A stretch of DNA of 64,000 nt from Zygnema circumcarinatum SAG 698-1b (GCA_037447605.1 CM074823.1:372001-436000), one strand, 5' to 3'. Positions 11,401 to 21,525 are shown, counted from the first letter of the stretch. The notes: a model not told the origin generated them from the sequence alone. Made by a program: numbers and translations.

Positions 11401-12485
11401 CTCAAGTCCGCCGTCGTCCCTAAAAACCGATCGCGCTTTTGCCGTGGTCGACGGCACACAGCTCACCGTTCACCGTTCACTGGGGTGAGGCGAGAGGACG
11501 CTCTGCTCACTCCCCTGCAAGGATGGCTCGGGCGATGGCGAGGGAGGAGCCCTAAACCCGAGCTGATCGGGGCTCGCTGAGAGCGAGTAGACGAGCAGGC
11601 GGCGGGCGCGAGGCGCCGCGGTGGGACGCCGCTCGCGCGGTGGTGACGCGCATGGCGACAAAACGGAGGGCGGCGGGCGGCGGGCGGCGGAGGGAGCGCG
11701 TGGGGCCGAAAAGGGGGAGTCAGCCCTGGGCCGGAGATACGGAGGCAAAATAATTGCTCTCTGGAATTCGTGACGCCCGAGCCTGTCGAACGTCCACTTT
11801 TCGCGGAATTGGGCTGCCGTACAACGCGGAATTAGGGTCGGGGGCTTTCTGAATTGATTTGGCGCTGGCCTAAGTCTGACTCCCCCTAATGCCCTTACAT
11901 GAAACTCCGTAAGTTAATTTTCCAAAGTTGGGTCGACACCTGCCTCAGAAAATACAGAAATGCAAAATACAAACAATATCTGCCCGGACAACACCGGCAC
12001 CGCAAACGGTCGAAAAACTGTCAGACATTCGTCGTCCCGCGATTGGTGACACGTGGCATTGTTGTACAACGACGCTCAGTGTCGGAGTTTGAAGCATGCA
12101 TTATCTTTATCGAGCGGGACTTTATCGAGGGTTCAGGGCAGTACTACTACTCGGTCACGTTCTGTTAATCTTTCAGTTGGGTTGAATGGTTTGTCAGGCC
12201 ATTAGCGTGTAACGCTCATATGTAGATACTGGTTTTCATGTTTTTGTGGATTCAACTTTTCGTGGATTCAGCTTCAATCAACTTAATTTTCACATTGTCA
12301 CATCACAGTATAGAAAAACGAAAATACCAAAACATAGCCATATCCCTCCCTATTTCATAATAAAGTCAACGGAAGGACAGGGTCTGCCAGACTTCCTCCT
12401 ACAGACTGCCTTTAAGCCAACTCATATCTTGAAAAACTCAGAAGGGTGAAGAGGGCGGAACCTCCAAGATGCCCTAAGACTGATG

Positions 12486-12775
12486 CCCTCCCTCCCTCCC
12501 TCCCTCCCTCCCTCCCTGCCTCCCTCCCTCCCTGCCTCCCTCCCTCCCTCCCTCCCTGCCTCCCTCCCTCCCTGCCTCCATCCCTCCCTCCCTCCCTCCC
12601 TCCCTCCCTCCCTCCCTCCTCCTCCCTCCTCCCTCCCTCCCTCCCTCCCTCCCTCCCTCCCTCCCTCCCTCCCTCCTTCCCTCCCTCCCTCCCTCCCTCC
12701 CTCCCCTCCCTCCCTCCCCCTCTCTCCTCCCTCCCTCCCTCCCATTTCTCAAACCCTCTCTCTCCTCCCTCCCTC
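12486..12775. repeat. (CCCT)n microsatellite, read as (GGGA)n downstream of LysM-like copy 1
   Basis: Direct reading of the sequence. Confidence 0.95.
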
Positions 12776-12922
12776 AATCCTCCACTTCACGCCCCACTCT
12801 ACCTCCTCCCTCCCCTCCCCCCTCCAGCCCACTCTCTGCCAACCCTTCCCCTCTTCTCCACACATCTCTCTCTCTACTCCCACCATCCCACTCCCTCGCG
12901 CTTCCTCCTTCCTCCTCTTCCC

Positions 12923-13675
12923 TCACTGTGAGGCCGTGCCTTTATCCTCCTCCATTACTATAGATCCGGTGCAGCCCGCCACCTTCACGCCGTTGCAATA
13001 ACACGTTCTCACGCATATCACTGTGCCCGTAGCCCATCCGGCGGAGGGGCACGGGGAAGGGATGGTGGTGCCCATACCTGCATGAGATAACACAATCGAA
13101 ATGCAAAGATCAATGCATAAGTTTAGCTGAAAACACGTCCAGCTCTTATTCGGACATATAACGGCGTTAACAGCGTTGAAAGTAAAATCACCAAAAATGA
13201 TCCCTATCTATCTCCTCCCTCCCTCCCTCCCCTCCTCCCCTCCCTCCCTCNNNNNNNNNNCCCTCCCCTCCCTCCCCTCTCCCCTTTTCTGCCTTTCTCC
13301 CCAGATTTCAGCTGAGTCCTTTCAGGCAGATAGATAGCGAGGAGAGGAGTGTGCCCACATTGCGTCCACGTCTTCGTCGTCGTCGCGCCGCAGAACTTGC
13401 GAACCACGGACAGACACGTGTCGCTACTCTGCCACGTGTAGTACGGTGTTAAACAGGCGTTGACGTACGGGTTGACGTTATCACCTGAACAAGAGCGATG
13501 GGGGGAGGGGGGGTAAGGAGCTGCGGAAGGAGAGGTCAACGCTGCAATTATTTGGGTGGCAAGAGTCAACGGGGAATTCACCGCGGAGGGGCTCAGCGGC
13601 TGTGGATGCGGAGAAGACGAGGGCAGCCATGGCCATGGCGAGGAGAAGGTGAGCGAGCATTGCCTTAGCAGCCAT
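12923..13675 (-). CDS. Secreted Cys-rich LysM-like small protein, copy 1 (124 aa; exons 13675-13582, 13484-13359, 13077-12923)
   Basis: Two phase-1 GT-AG introns (G|GTGAAT..TTCAG|G and T|GTGGGC..ATGCAG|G) splice to one ORF: MAAKAMLAHLLLAMAMAALVFSASTAAEPLRGDNVNPYVNACLTPYYTWQSSDTCLSVVRKFCGATTTKTWTQCMGTTIPSPCPSAGWATGTVICVRTCYCNGVKVAGCTGSIVMEEDKGTASQ*. It has a hydrophobic signal peptide, and YTWQSxDTC...GTVICV resembles LysM. Intron 2 contains an N gap. Confidence 0.8.
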
Positions 13676-14211
13676 CTCTCTCTCTCTCTCCTCTGTCCGA
13701 CTCTCTCTCTCTGCCACTCACTCCCTCGCCCTAGTTATTGTCGCCGCCTCCCACGAGGGTGGGCGTCGATTTGAGGGGCAGCTTCGATGGAATGGGCCAA
13801 TGGAACTTCGGCACATCACATGTGGACAGCTCTGATTGGCTCTTCGCGCTGCCGTACTGACCACTGGCTCTGGTTGAATGGCCGAGTTCGAAACTGAGGC
13901 CCTGTCTCCAAATCATTCAGCCGTTCAGACGCAACCACGTCAGCAAAGTTGAATGAAGTTGATCCATGACTTCGTTTTTAGCATCATTTATACTAAGTAA
14001 TTCTGCCCGAAAAGAGATATTAGCACTTTCACTTGTTTTTCCACCTGACCGCAGAAACGTTTCTTTCTGCCCGCATCGGAGCGGGTCAAATCTACGAACT
14101 TCCTGCCGTATTGTATCGGCGATATGGACAGCGTATCTCCATATCGTATTGGCAATATGTTTTTTGATTCAAAATATCGTATTGACGATATGCAATGTGA
14201 ATCTATATCGT

Positions 14212-14517
14212 GTACGTATCGGGAAAAAGCTCTGAAAGTTGGGGCCGCCGGCAGGAAAATCATAGTACCGTACAGTCGGATCACTTGCGAATGGTACGAG
14301 GATGGTACGATCGACTGCGACAAGCGTTTACAAATCCGATTCTGGCCATTCGTGTACGTACACGTGTACAACACTGACATTCAAAGGTACGGTTAGCTAG
14401 GGTTTCAGTAAAACGTGGCGAGCCTCTATTCGCCATCCCTGAACACCCGCCCCAGAAGGGCCCGTCATCACTCCACAGGCGTGTCTTTACTTGTACGTTT
14501 TCGTACAATAATAGTAC
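14212..14517. promoter_or_regulatory. Dense GTAC-core cluster (candidate SBP-box/CuRE-type sites) upstream of LysM-like copy 1
   Basis: 12 GTAC in 306 bp, against ~1.2 expected at uniform composition. It includes TTCGTACAA at 14500-14508. Function is inferred. Confidence 0.4.
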
Positions 14518-15014
14518 TGTAGTATTATTTTGTCGTTTCGTGAAGAATACAATGTGAACCGAAATTTTCGACTTCGGGGCACATATTTTTTTTCGAATCG
14601 CGTTTCCAAGAATCTCAAAATCACTAAATCCCTAAACCGACGGTTCTCTGTGCCGGCATGTCGATACGCCAAAACGGATTCCAATATGATCAGTATGCTC
14701 AATATTCGTAATATTGCGATTTGGTGCATATTATCGATACTTCTTTTCTCTCGATATTGTGAATATCCTCTCGTTACAGTGGATATCGCGATGTTACTGA
14801 TATGGTCAGCATTCTCGATATTTTACGCCAAGGCGGAATGGTCGAGGTCCCCGGTTCGAGTCCTGAATTTGGCAGTTCCCTGTGCTCTCACTCAGACACG
14901 CATATATATTCAGGGCCAGTTCAGGGCCGTGGGCGACCGCTTTTCCTTTGTCCTTAGAATTTTTTTGCTGCCATGGAAAACTGTAAAAGCTGAAGACAGG
15001 TCGGAGCATTGGAT

Positions 15015-15270
15015 CGGCAACCATTGGGCAACCATTGGATGGCAATGGTTGGACCGCCAATGGTTCCGACCATTGGCAATGGTTGTTTCAGTCCGGCGCC
15101 AATGGTTTGGAACCATTCGAATGGCTGCCAACCATTGGCATCCAATGGTTCCAACCATTGGCAACGGTTGTTTCGGTCCGGCGCCATTGCTTCGGAGAGT
15201 CGCGAAACAATGGTTAGCAACTATTCAAATGGTTGACAACCATTGCAACCATTCGAATGACCGATCCAAT
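15015..15270. repeat. Array of short CCAATGG/CCATTGG palindromes with an ~85-bp internal duplication
   Basis: CCAATGGTTCCAACCATTGG and CCATTCGAATGG motifs. The block starting at 15057 is repeated at 15142. Confidence 0.85.
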
Positions 15271-15624
15271 GGTCCGACCTGTGAAAGCTTCAGAGAAAGG
15301 ATAAGTTCTTTTTTTTTCGGCATTTTCGCATGTCCGCATCCATTTCCATAAGGGGTGGATCCGAGAATTTAGTTCATGGGGGGGTAACCAATGACCTAGG
15401 AAAACAGAAAAAAAAGAAAATCCGAAAATGGGGGGCAAAGGCCCTCCAAACACAACCAGAGGTCCACCACTGACTTGCATTCCACTCACATTGTTCTTAA
15501 TCCTTTGAGAGGCCCATCACCTACTGCTCTTATTGCTATTACTGCTCCTGAACCCTAAATCCGAACACCCTAAACATTAATTTAGCGTTGAGAAACCACA
15601 CAACTTTCAGAAATTTTTAAGGAA

Positions 15625-15810
15625 CTCTCCTCCCTCCTCCCTCCTCCCTCCCCTCCCTCCTCTCCTCCTCCCTCCTCCCCTCCTCTCCCTCCTCCCTCCT
15701 CCCTCTCCCTCCCTCCCTCTCCTCCCTCCTCCCACCTCCCTCCTCCCTCCTCCCTCCTCCCTCCTCCCTCCTACCTCCTCCCTCCTCCCTCCTCCCTCCC
15801 TCCTCCTTCA
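15625..15810. repeat. (CCTC/CCT)n tract, G-rich on the LysM-like copy 2 sense strand directly after its stop
   Basis: Direct reading of the sequence. Confidence 0.9.
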
Positions 15811-15814
15811 TTCC

Positions 15815-16575
15815 TCACTGCGATGCCAAACCCTCGCTCTCATCCTCCGCGTACGTTCCGGTGCAGCCCGCCACCTTCACTCCGTTGCAATAACACGTGC
15901 TCACGCATATCACTGTGCCCGCAGTCCATCCGCCGGCGGGGCACGCAGGAGGGGTGGTGCCCATACCTGCATCACACGAAAAGTAGGATTTTTTGACGCA
16001 ATTCAAAAAACAGTTTCAACATCTCCCCTTCCCCCTCCCCCTCTCCCCCTCCCGCCCCTTCAGCGCTTCCCCCTACCCCTTCTCCCTCCCTCCCTCCCTC
16101 CCCCCTCCTTCCCCTCCCGCACCTTCCCCCCATCCCCCCTCGCCCCTCGCCCCTTCCCCCTCCCCTCTCCCCTTTTCTGCCTTTCTCCCCAGATTTCAGC
16201 TGAGTCCTTTCAGGCAGATAGATAGCGAGGAGAGGAGTGTGCCCACATTGCGTCCACGTCTTCGTCGTTGTCGCGCCGCAGAACTTGCGAACCACGGACA
16301 GACACGTGTCGCCACTCTGCCACGTGTAGGACGGTGAACAGCCGTTGACGTACGGGCTGACGTCATCACCTGAACAGGAGCGATGGGGGGAGGGAGGGTA
16401 AGCAGATGCGGGAGGAAAGGTCAACGCTGAAGTCAAAGCTAAAATCTTTAGGGGGGGCCGAGAGTCAACAGAAGAACTCACCGTTGAGGGGCTCAGCGAC
16501 GGCGGATGCGGAAAAGAGGAGGGCAGCCATGGCCATGGCGGGGAGAAGGTGGGCGAGCATTGCCTTAGCAGCCAT
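15815..16575 (-). CDS. Secreted Cys-rich LysM-like small protein, copy 2 (122 aa; exons 16575-16482, 16369-16247, 15966-15815)
   Basis: Same intron positions and phases as copy 1 (donors GTGAGT and GTGGGC): MAAKAMLAHLLPAMAMAALLFSASAVAEPLNGDDVSPYVNGCSPSYTWQSGDTCLSVVRKFCGATTTKTWTQCMGTTPPACPAGGWTAGTVICVSTCYCNGVKVAGCTGTYAEDESEGLASQ*. All 9 Cys are conserved with copy 1. Confidence 0.82.
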
Positions 16576-17089
16576 ATCTCTCTCTCGCTCTTCTCGCTCT
16601 CTCCCTCTTTCTCTCTCCCTCTCTCTCTTCTCCCTCGTCTCTCTTTTCTCCCTCTTCTCCCTCGTTCTCTCTCTCTAGCTCTCCCTCACTCTTCTCTCCT
16701 TGAGCCTTTCTCCTCTCACCCCTTTCTCTCTCTCTCTCCCTGTCAGCTCCCTTCCACACTCGTCCTGCCCTGTGCCCTAAGCGGGCAGATTCCTTTGAGG
16801 TGGGCCCCAAGAGCATATCTGCAGCGGAGTGGCTGTGATTGGTCGAATCCCTTACGGACACACTCTTTCCGTATAAAGACGGGCTAGATACGACAGAATA
16901 ATATTGGACTGACATACGGACTTGCCACACGGGACCAGGCATATTTCACCACGTGTCATATACGACAGGACGCACGCCAGCTTGGTGGCCGAGCGGGAAA
17001 CTTTGTCGTATCTCAATTGAGGCAGCTGCCGACGACGGACGCTGACGGCGGTCGACGTTTCGTACAGGTGTCGTGTGTACACCCGTTGG

Positions 17090-17524
17090 ATCAACGATTG
17101 GAATGGCTGCGAACCGTCGATTGGAAACCATTGGATTCGGTGGCGGCCATCATTGGCTGTAGACCATTCAATGTTTGCCAGCCATTGGCTATGATTGCGA
17201 ATCTTGCGATCCTTTGATTCGCGACCCAAACAACCATTGCCAGTGGTTGCCAGCCCTCCACTGATTGGCAACCATTGGCAATGGCATTGGATGGCAATGG
17301 TTGGCCCTCCACTGGTTGGCAACCATTGGCAATGGTATTGGATGGCTATGGTTGGCCCTCCACTGGTTGGCAACCATTGGCAATAACATTGGACGGCAAT
17401 GGTTGCCCCTCCACTGGTTGGCAACCATTGGCAATACCTCCACTGGCTGGCAACCATTGACAATGGCATAGGATGGCTATGGTTGGCCGTCTGCCATTGC
17501 CAATGGTTGCCAACCAGTGGAGGG
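17090..17524. repeat. 51-bp tandem repeat (~4.5 units) of palindromic CCATTGG/CAATGG motifs, ending in an inverted unit
   Basis: CCCTCCA recurs at 17254, 17305, 17356 and 17407. 17493-17524 is the reverse complement of the unit's first 32 nt. Confidence 0.9.
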
Positions 17525-18318
17525 AGCATGCACGTACACAGTACAGTATTTATCGGTGGCCTTCCGCCTTTCCCCACATGACGTGGCTGTTGGTGCAGCT
17601 GTGTTCCTCACAGACTCCTCTACACTCTTTCTTGCACCTGAACTGTCTCCCTCATCCTCAGTGGTCGCTGACATTTTCTCTCAACTCTCTTTGCCAAGAT
17701 AATACAACAACAAATCCTTAAAGCAAAACAGAATGCGGAACAAGAGAAAAGGTAAGGAGAAAGCTCAAGGCCCTAAAACTCCTTAATATAAACAAAGAAG
17801 ATTACAACTCAGGCTCCCATNNNNNNNNNNAATGGAATTGAATCCTAATGTGTTTTGTCCTTTTATGAAAGACAGGATTCTGTATGAGAGCAATGGACGA
17901 TTTGTTATCAGTTAACAGTGGCAAGGGATCACAGGGGCGCTCACACTCTTCAAAAAAGTTTTGAAGCCACACCGCTTCCTTCGCAGCATGGCATGTCGCC
18001 ATGTACTCAGCCTCTGTGCTTGAAAGCGCCACTGAGTCCTGCAATTTGGAGCTCCATGCAACAGCTTCTTCCATGGTCCAGACACGATTGGCATGTCGAT
18101 CTCTACTGTCGACATCACCATTACGGATTGGAATCTGCGAACAAGCCGATTCCCTTTCGCTGGACTCAGTGGAAAGACTCACTCCACAAGTGGAATTTGC
18201 TTCCACCCTGCCATGTCCAATCGGATCTGGATGAAAGTTGCTAGGCCACGCTCACCCGGCCTCTGCCCCACCATTGGGTACATTAAACTACCGATGGCTG
18301 ACCTGTAAGGTACGTCCT

Positions 18319-19455
18319 TCATGGCTCTCGCCTCCTCCTCTGACTGCGGCTCCATCTCCTTCGAAAGGTGAACTCCAGCCTCCATTGGGCTAGAGATGGG
18401 CCGGCAATTGAACATCCCAAACCTGTCCAAAACATCCGTGGCATATTTCCTCTGGGAGAGGAAAAGACTGCCATCTCTCGCCTTCTTGAGCTGAATCCCA
18501 AGAAGGTACTCGGCCTCTNNNNNNNNNNATCTTTCAAGCTCTGAATGCTGTGAGCCGAGGAACTGACTATGATGAGATCATCTACATATATCCCCACATA
18601 GACTAGCTCCTTCCCTTCCCCTTTGCTATAAACTGAATGATCGGTTTCGAACCTTTTGAAGCCATTCGCCCTTAACAAGTCATCGACCTTCTCGTACCAA
18701 ACACGTGGTGCCTGCTTCAGGCCATACAAGCTCTTCACGAGTTTGCAAACGAACTCCTCCTTTCCGGCTTCCACCTTCCCCTCTGGCTGCTCCATGTAGA
18801 TTTCCTCTGCAAGGTCTCCATACAAGAACGCCGTTTTGATGTCCAGCTGATGGACCATCATCTCTTCTGAAGCAGCAATTGATATTAGTGCTCTCAAAGA
18901 ATTAAATTTCACAACAGGGGCGAAAGTTTCAGAGTAGTCAATGCCCTCCTTTTGACTGTAGCCCTTTGCTACCAGCCGTGCTTTGTAACGGTCCACGCTC
19001 CCATCGGACTTCCTCTTGATCTTGAAGATCCACTTACATCCTATCGCCTTCCTCCCCTTGGGCAGCTCCTCCAACCGCCAAGTGCGGTTCTCAAGAAGAC
19101 TATTCCACTCACTATCTATGGCCGCCTTCCAAAGGTCTGAATCCGCCCCTTCCAGCGCTTCTGGATAGGACTGAGGTTCAGACACACGTGCCATGTAGCA
19201 GTAGGCAATGCCGGCAAGGTCCGCAGAGTCCGAGGGTACACGATCCTGGGCATGCTTCCGCTGCGCCAAGCTGCGCGCAGGTCTACCAAAAACTGCATCG
19301 GGCTCATAACGAGTAGGTGCCTTCACCGGACGTCCACTCCTCGTTGTCGGCTGGGGTAGAGGCTTAGGCGAGGTGCGGTACACCCTTGGTCGCCTTGGTG
19401 GAGTCACATCTGCATATGGGTCAAATCCCACAGGCACAGTTGATGCCGACGACAT
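18319..19455 (-). CDS. pol: Copia reverse transcriptase (RVT_2), contains an N gap
   Basis: KAIGCKWIFKIK, HQLDIKTAFLYG, LVKSLYGLKQAPR, YVGIYVDDL. Confidence 0.9.
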   Translation of the reverse strand: MSSASTVPVGFDPYADVTPPRRPRVYRTSPKPLPQPTTRSGRPVKAPTRYEPDAVFGRPARSLAQRKHAQDRVPSDSADLAGIAYCYMARVSEPQSYPEALEGADSDLWKAAIDSEWNSLLENRTWRLEELPKGRKAIGCKWIFKIKRKSDGSVDRYKARLVAKGYSQKEGIDYSETFAPVVKFNSLRALISIAASEEMMVHQLDIKTAFLYGDLAEEIYMEQPEGKVEAGKEEFVCKLVKSLYGLKQAPRVWYEKVDDLLRANGFKRFETDHSVYSKGEGKELVYVGIYVDDLIIVSSSAHSIQSLKDXXXXRPSTFLGFSSRRREMAVFSSPRGNMPRMFWTGLGCSIAGPSLAQWRLEFTFRRRWSRSQRRRREP

Positions 19456-20489
19456 CGGCTGAGGTGACTCGCTGGTCTCGAGCCAATCCTCTGGCTCCTC
19501 CTGCCAGGTCCTCCCCCATTTTGAGTCGAGCCTTCCGACTCCTCGGGCTCACCGGGCGCATCTCCTGCAAAAGGATGACTAGGGGAGCCATCTGCCCCCT
19601 TCGGCTGAGGAATCCCTCCAACACCTGCATCCTCCCAAATGAACTCAACCATGTTCCCATCCAAAGGGAACTCCGGGACGTCGGGAAGCTTGCCGAACTC
19701 CCACCTTGTCAGTTCGTCAACCTCTAGGTCCCGGCTGCTCTGAATCTTCATCATTACAGGGTTCCAAACCCGGTAAGTGTGACTATCAGAGTTGTAGACA
19801 AGCAAGAAGCCATCTTCGGAGCGGGAGTCGAACTTCCCCTTCTGCTTTTGCTTAGGAACAGCCATCCAACACCGTGAGCCAAAAGCTCGCAAGTGCTCCA
19901 CGGTTGGCTTCTTCCCACTCCAAACCTCTTCAGGAACTCTATCCTTCAAGACTCTAGATGGACATCTATTCCTGATGTAAGCGGCTGTGTTCACGGCCTC
20001 TGCCCAAAAGGTGGTAGGAAATGGAGAGTCACTTAGCATGGACCGAGCCATCTCTCCTAACGTCCTATTGACTCTCTCAGCAGCGCCATTGCTCTGAGGA
20101 GAGTACGGAGCAGAGAATTCGTGTTTAACACCAAGAGACTTCAGGTACTCACTGAATTTCGTCGACTTGAACTCACCTCCGTTGTCGGAACGGAGGGCCT
20201 TCAGCTTCTTGCCGGTCTCTCTCTCAACTTGCAGCTGCCATTCTCTGAAGGCTTCGAAAGCCTCTGACTTCTGCTTGAGAAACTTCACCCAGATCTTCCT
20301 TGAGCAATCATCAAGGAAGGTAATGAAGTATTGTCCCCCACCTATGCTGGTCGGAGTCACAGGGCCACACAAGTCGGTGTGCACCAAGGCCAGCAGCTCC
20401 TTGGCGTGCTCCACGACAGCTCCACTCCTCACGAATGGCTGCCTATGAATCTTCCCTGCCATGCACGCATCACACATGCTGTGATTCAC
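19404..20489 (-). CDS. pol: Copia integrase (rve core)
   Basis: CDACMAGK zinc half-site, HTDLCGP, DNGGEF, ERVNRTL (DDE). Confidence 0.9.
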   Translation of the reverse strand: MNHSMCDACMAGKIHRQPFVRSGAVVEHAKELLALVHTDLCGPVTPTSIGGGQYFITFLDDCSRKIWVKFLKQKSEAFEAFREWQLQVERETGKKLKALRSDNGGEFKSTKFSEYLKSLGVKHEFSAPYSPQSNGAAERVNRTLGEMARSMLSDSPFPTTFWAEAVNTAAYIRNRCPSRVLKDRVPEEVWSGKKPTVEHLRAFGSRCWMAVPKQKQKGKFDSRSEDGFLLVYNSDSHTYRVWNPVMMKIQSSRDLEVDELTRWEFGKLPDVPEFPLDGNMVEFIWEDAGVGGIPQPKGADGSPSHPFAGDAPGEPEESEGSTQNGGGPGRRSQRIGSRPASHLSRCRRHQLCLWDLTHMQM

Positions 20490-21525
20490 CTTCTCTGATC
20501 AAACAGTCTCTCAACCATCCTCTTACATGGTCTTCAGGCTGCGAAACTCTAAGTGTTCAAGTCTTCTGTGCGATTGGTTCACTTTGTATGGGGACCCTGA
20601 TTTTTTATGCTTCCAATTCAGGAATAAAGACCATTCTTTTGCATCTCTTGAAAGAGAGTCTTTCTTGTCTGAATGTGCGTAGCTGCACACGCCTTTTCAA
20701 GGAAAACGACTTTATAGCCCTTCTTGCACACTTGACTAACAGACACGAAGTTTCTCTGGAGCCCAGGGGTGAGAAGCACATTACCGTTGGTTGCAAGTGT
20801 TGCAACTTGACTGTGCCGTATGTCGATTCTTACTTCTACTACTTGGGTCATGACAATGCTGCCCCGCTCGCTTGATGAATCGAATGAGCCATCTGAGGGT
20901 CGCCAGCCTTCTGAGACTTCGATCATCTTTGCACATGTGTATGAGCTTCAAGATCGATCATCCACGGCTTTACGAGTTAGTCTCCCTCCTAGATTTGCTG
21001 ACTTGCATGTTAGGGAAATCAGGACCGCTTCAGAGCCCTCGGAGCCCACATCTCGTGGCCCTTCTTTTTGCATTTGTAGCAGGTTCCAGAAAACTCCTTC
21101 TTCTCCTTCTTCGACTTGTCGAGCTTCTTGTTCTTCGAATCGCCTCCTTTGTCTTGAGGAGCCTTGCTTCGACAGTCGGGGGAGTAAAGGCCGATCTTGC
21201 CACAGTTGTAGCACGTTGGCGGTGGGCGATCTCCTCCACGGGGGTTCTTCTCCTTGCCTTTCAGTTTGGTCTTAGCTGTAGCCAAGGCGCTCCTTGGCTC
21301 GACTCATCGCAAGAGTCTTCTTCACGAATCCTCTTCTTGACCTGCTCAAACGTCATCTTAGAGTTCACAAGCACGGTCCTAAGTGCAGTAGTCGTGGCCT
21401 CGAATCTACTGGGCAGGCCCCCCAAGAATTGGCTGACCTTATGATCTGACTCTAAGCCTTTCCCCATGACTACGAATCTGGTCATCAGACTGTCAAACCT
21501 GGTCATGTAATCTACCAGCTTCTCA

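Larger units (their letters stand above)
7508..11886. mobile_element. Non-autonomous TIR/foldback-like element flanked by TA, with inverted low-complexity arms and tRNA-like units
   Basis: TA|GGGGGAGTCAGAC...GTCTGACTCCCCC|TA (13-bp perfect TIR, imperfect to ~26 bp). Inner arms mirror each other: GC-rich block, telo-box (7857-7866; 11550-11559), CTG/CTT tract, tRNA-like unit. No transposase ORF. Confidence 0.65.
17588..21525 (-). mobile_element. Ty1/copia family D, 3' half (C-terminal gag, PR, IN, RT, RNase H, 3' LTR end)
   Basis: Gag EKLVDYMTRFDSL..FLGGLPSRF, integrase LVHTDLCGP..LRSDNGGEF..NGAAERVNRTL (19404-20489), RT WIFKIK..YKARLVAKGYSQ..YVDDL (18319-19455), RNase H VALSSTEAEY..KRTKHI (17831-18206). 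LTR end ...CCAACA at 17588 is followed by GCCAC. Confidence 0.95.

Noticed and set aside
12048-12057. Perfect ABRE/G-box GACACGTGGC
   Set aside because: A single occurrence, downstream of the nearest gene, with no supporting context.
12412-13001. PSLP and EGGR repeat ORFs (also 15617-15811)
   Set aside because: Translations of the (CCCT)n microsatellite.
14530-15351. 273-aa ORF
   Set aside because: Begins at a non-ATG codon, runs through the palindrome array, and has no recognisable motif.
13204-16481. Unspliced ORFs 13204-13581 and 15972-16481 as genes
   Set aside because: They begin in intron 1 and run into intron 2. The spliced model explains the conserved parts better.
17250-17524. CRISPR-like appearance, and the 17-aa-repeat ORF 16852-17577
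   Set aside because: The units are contiguous with no unique spacers, there are no cas genes, and the context is eukaryotic. A 51-bp period trivially gives repeat ORFs in many frames on both strands.
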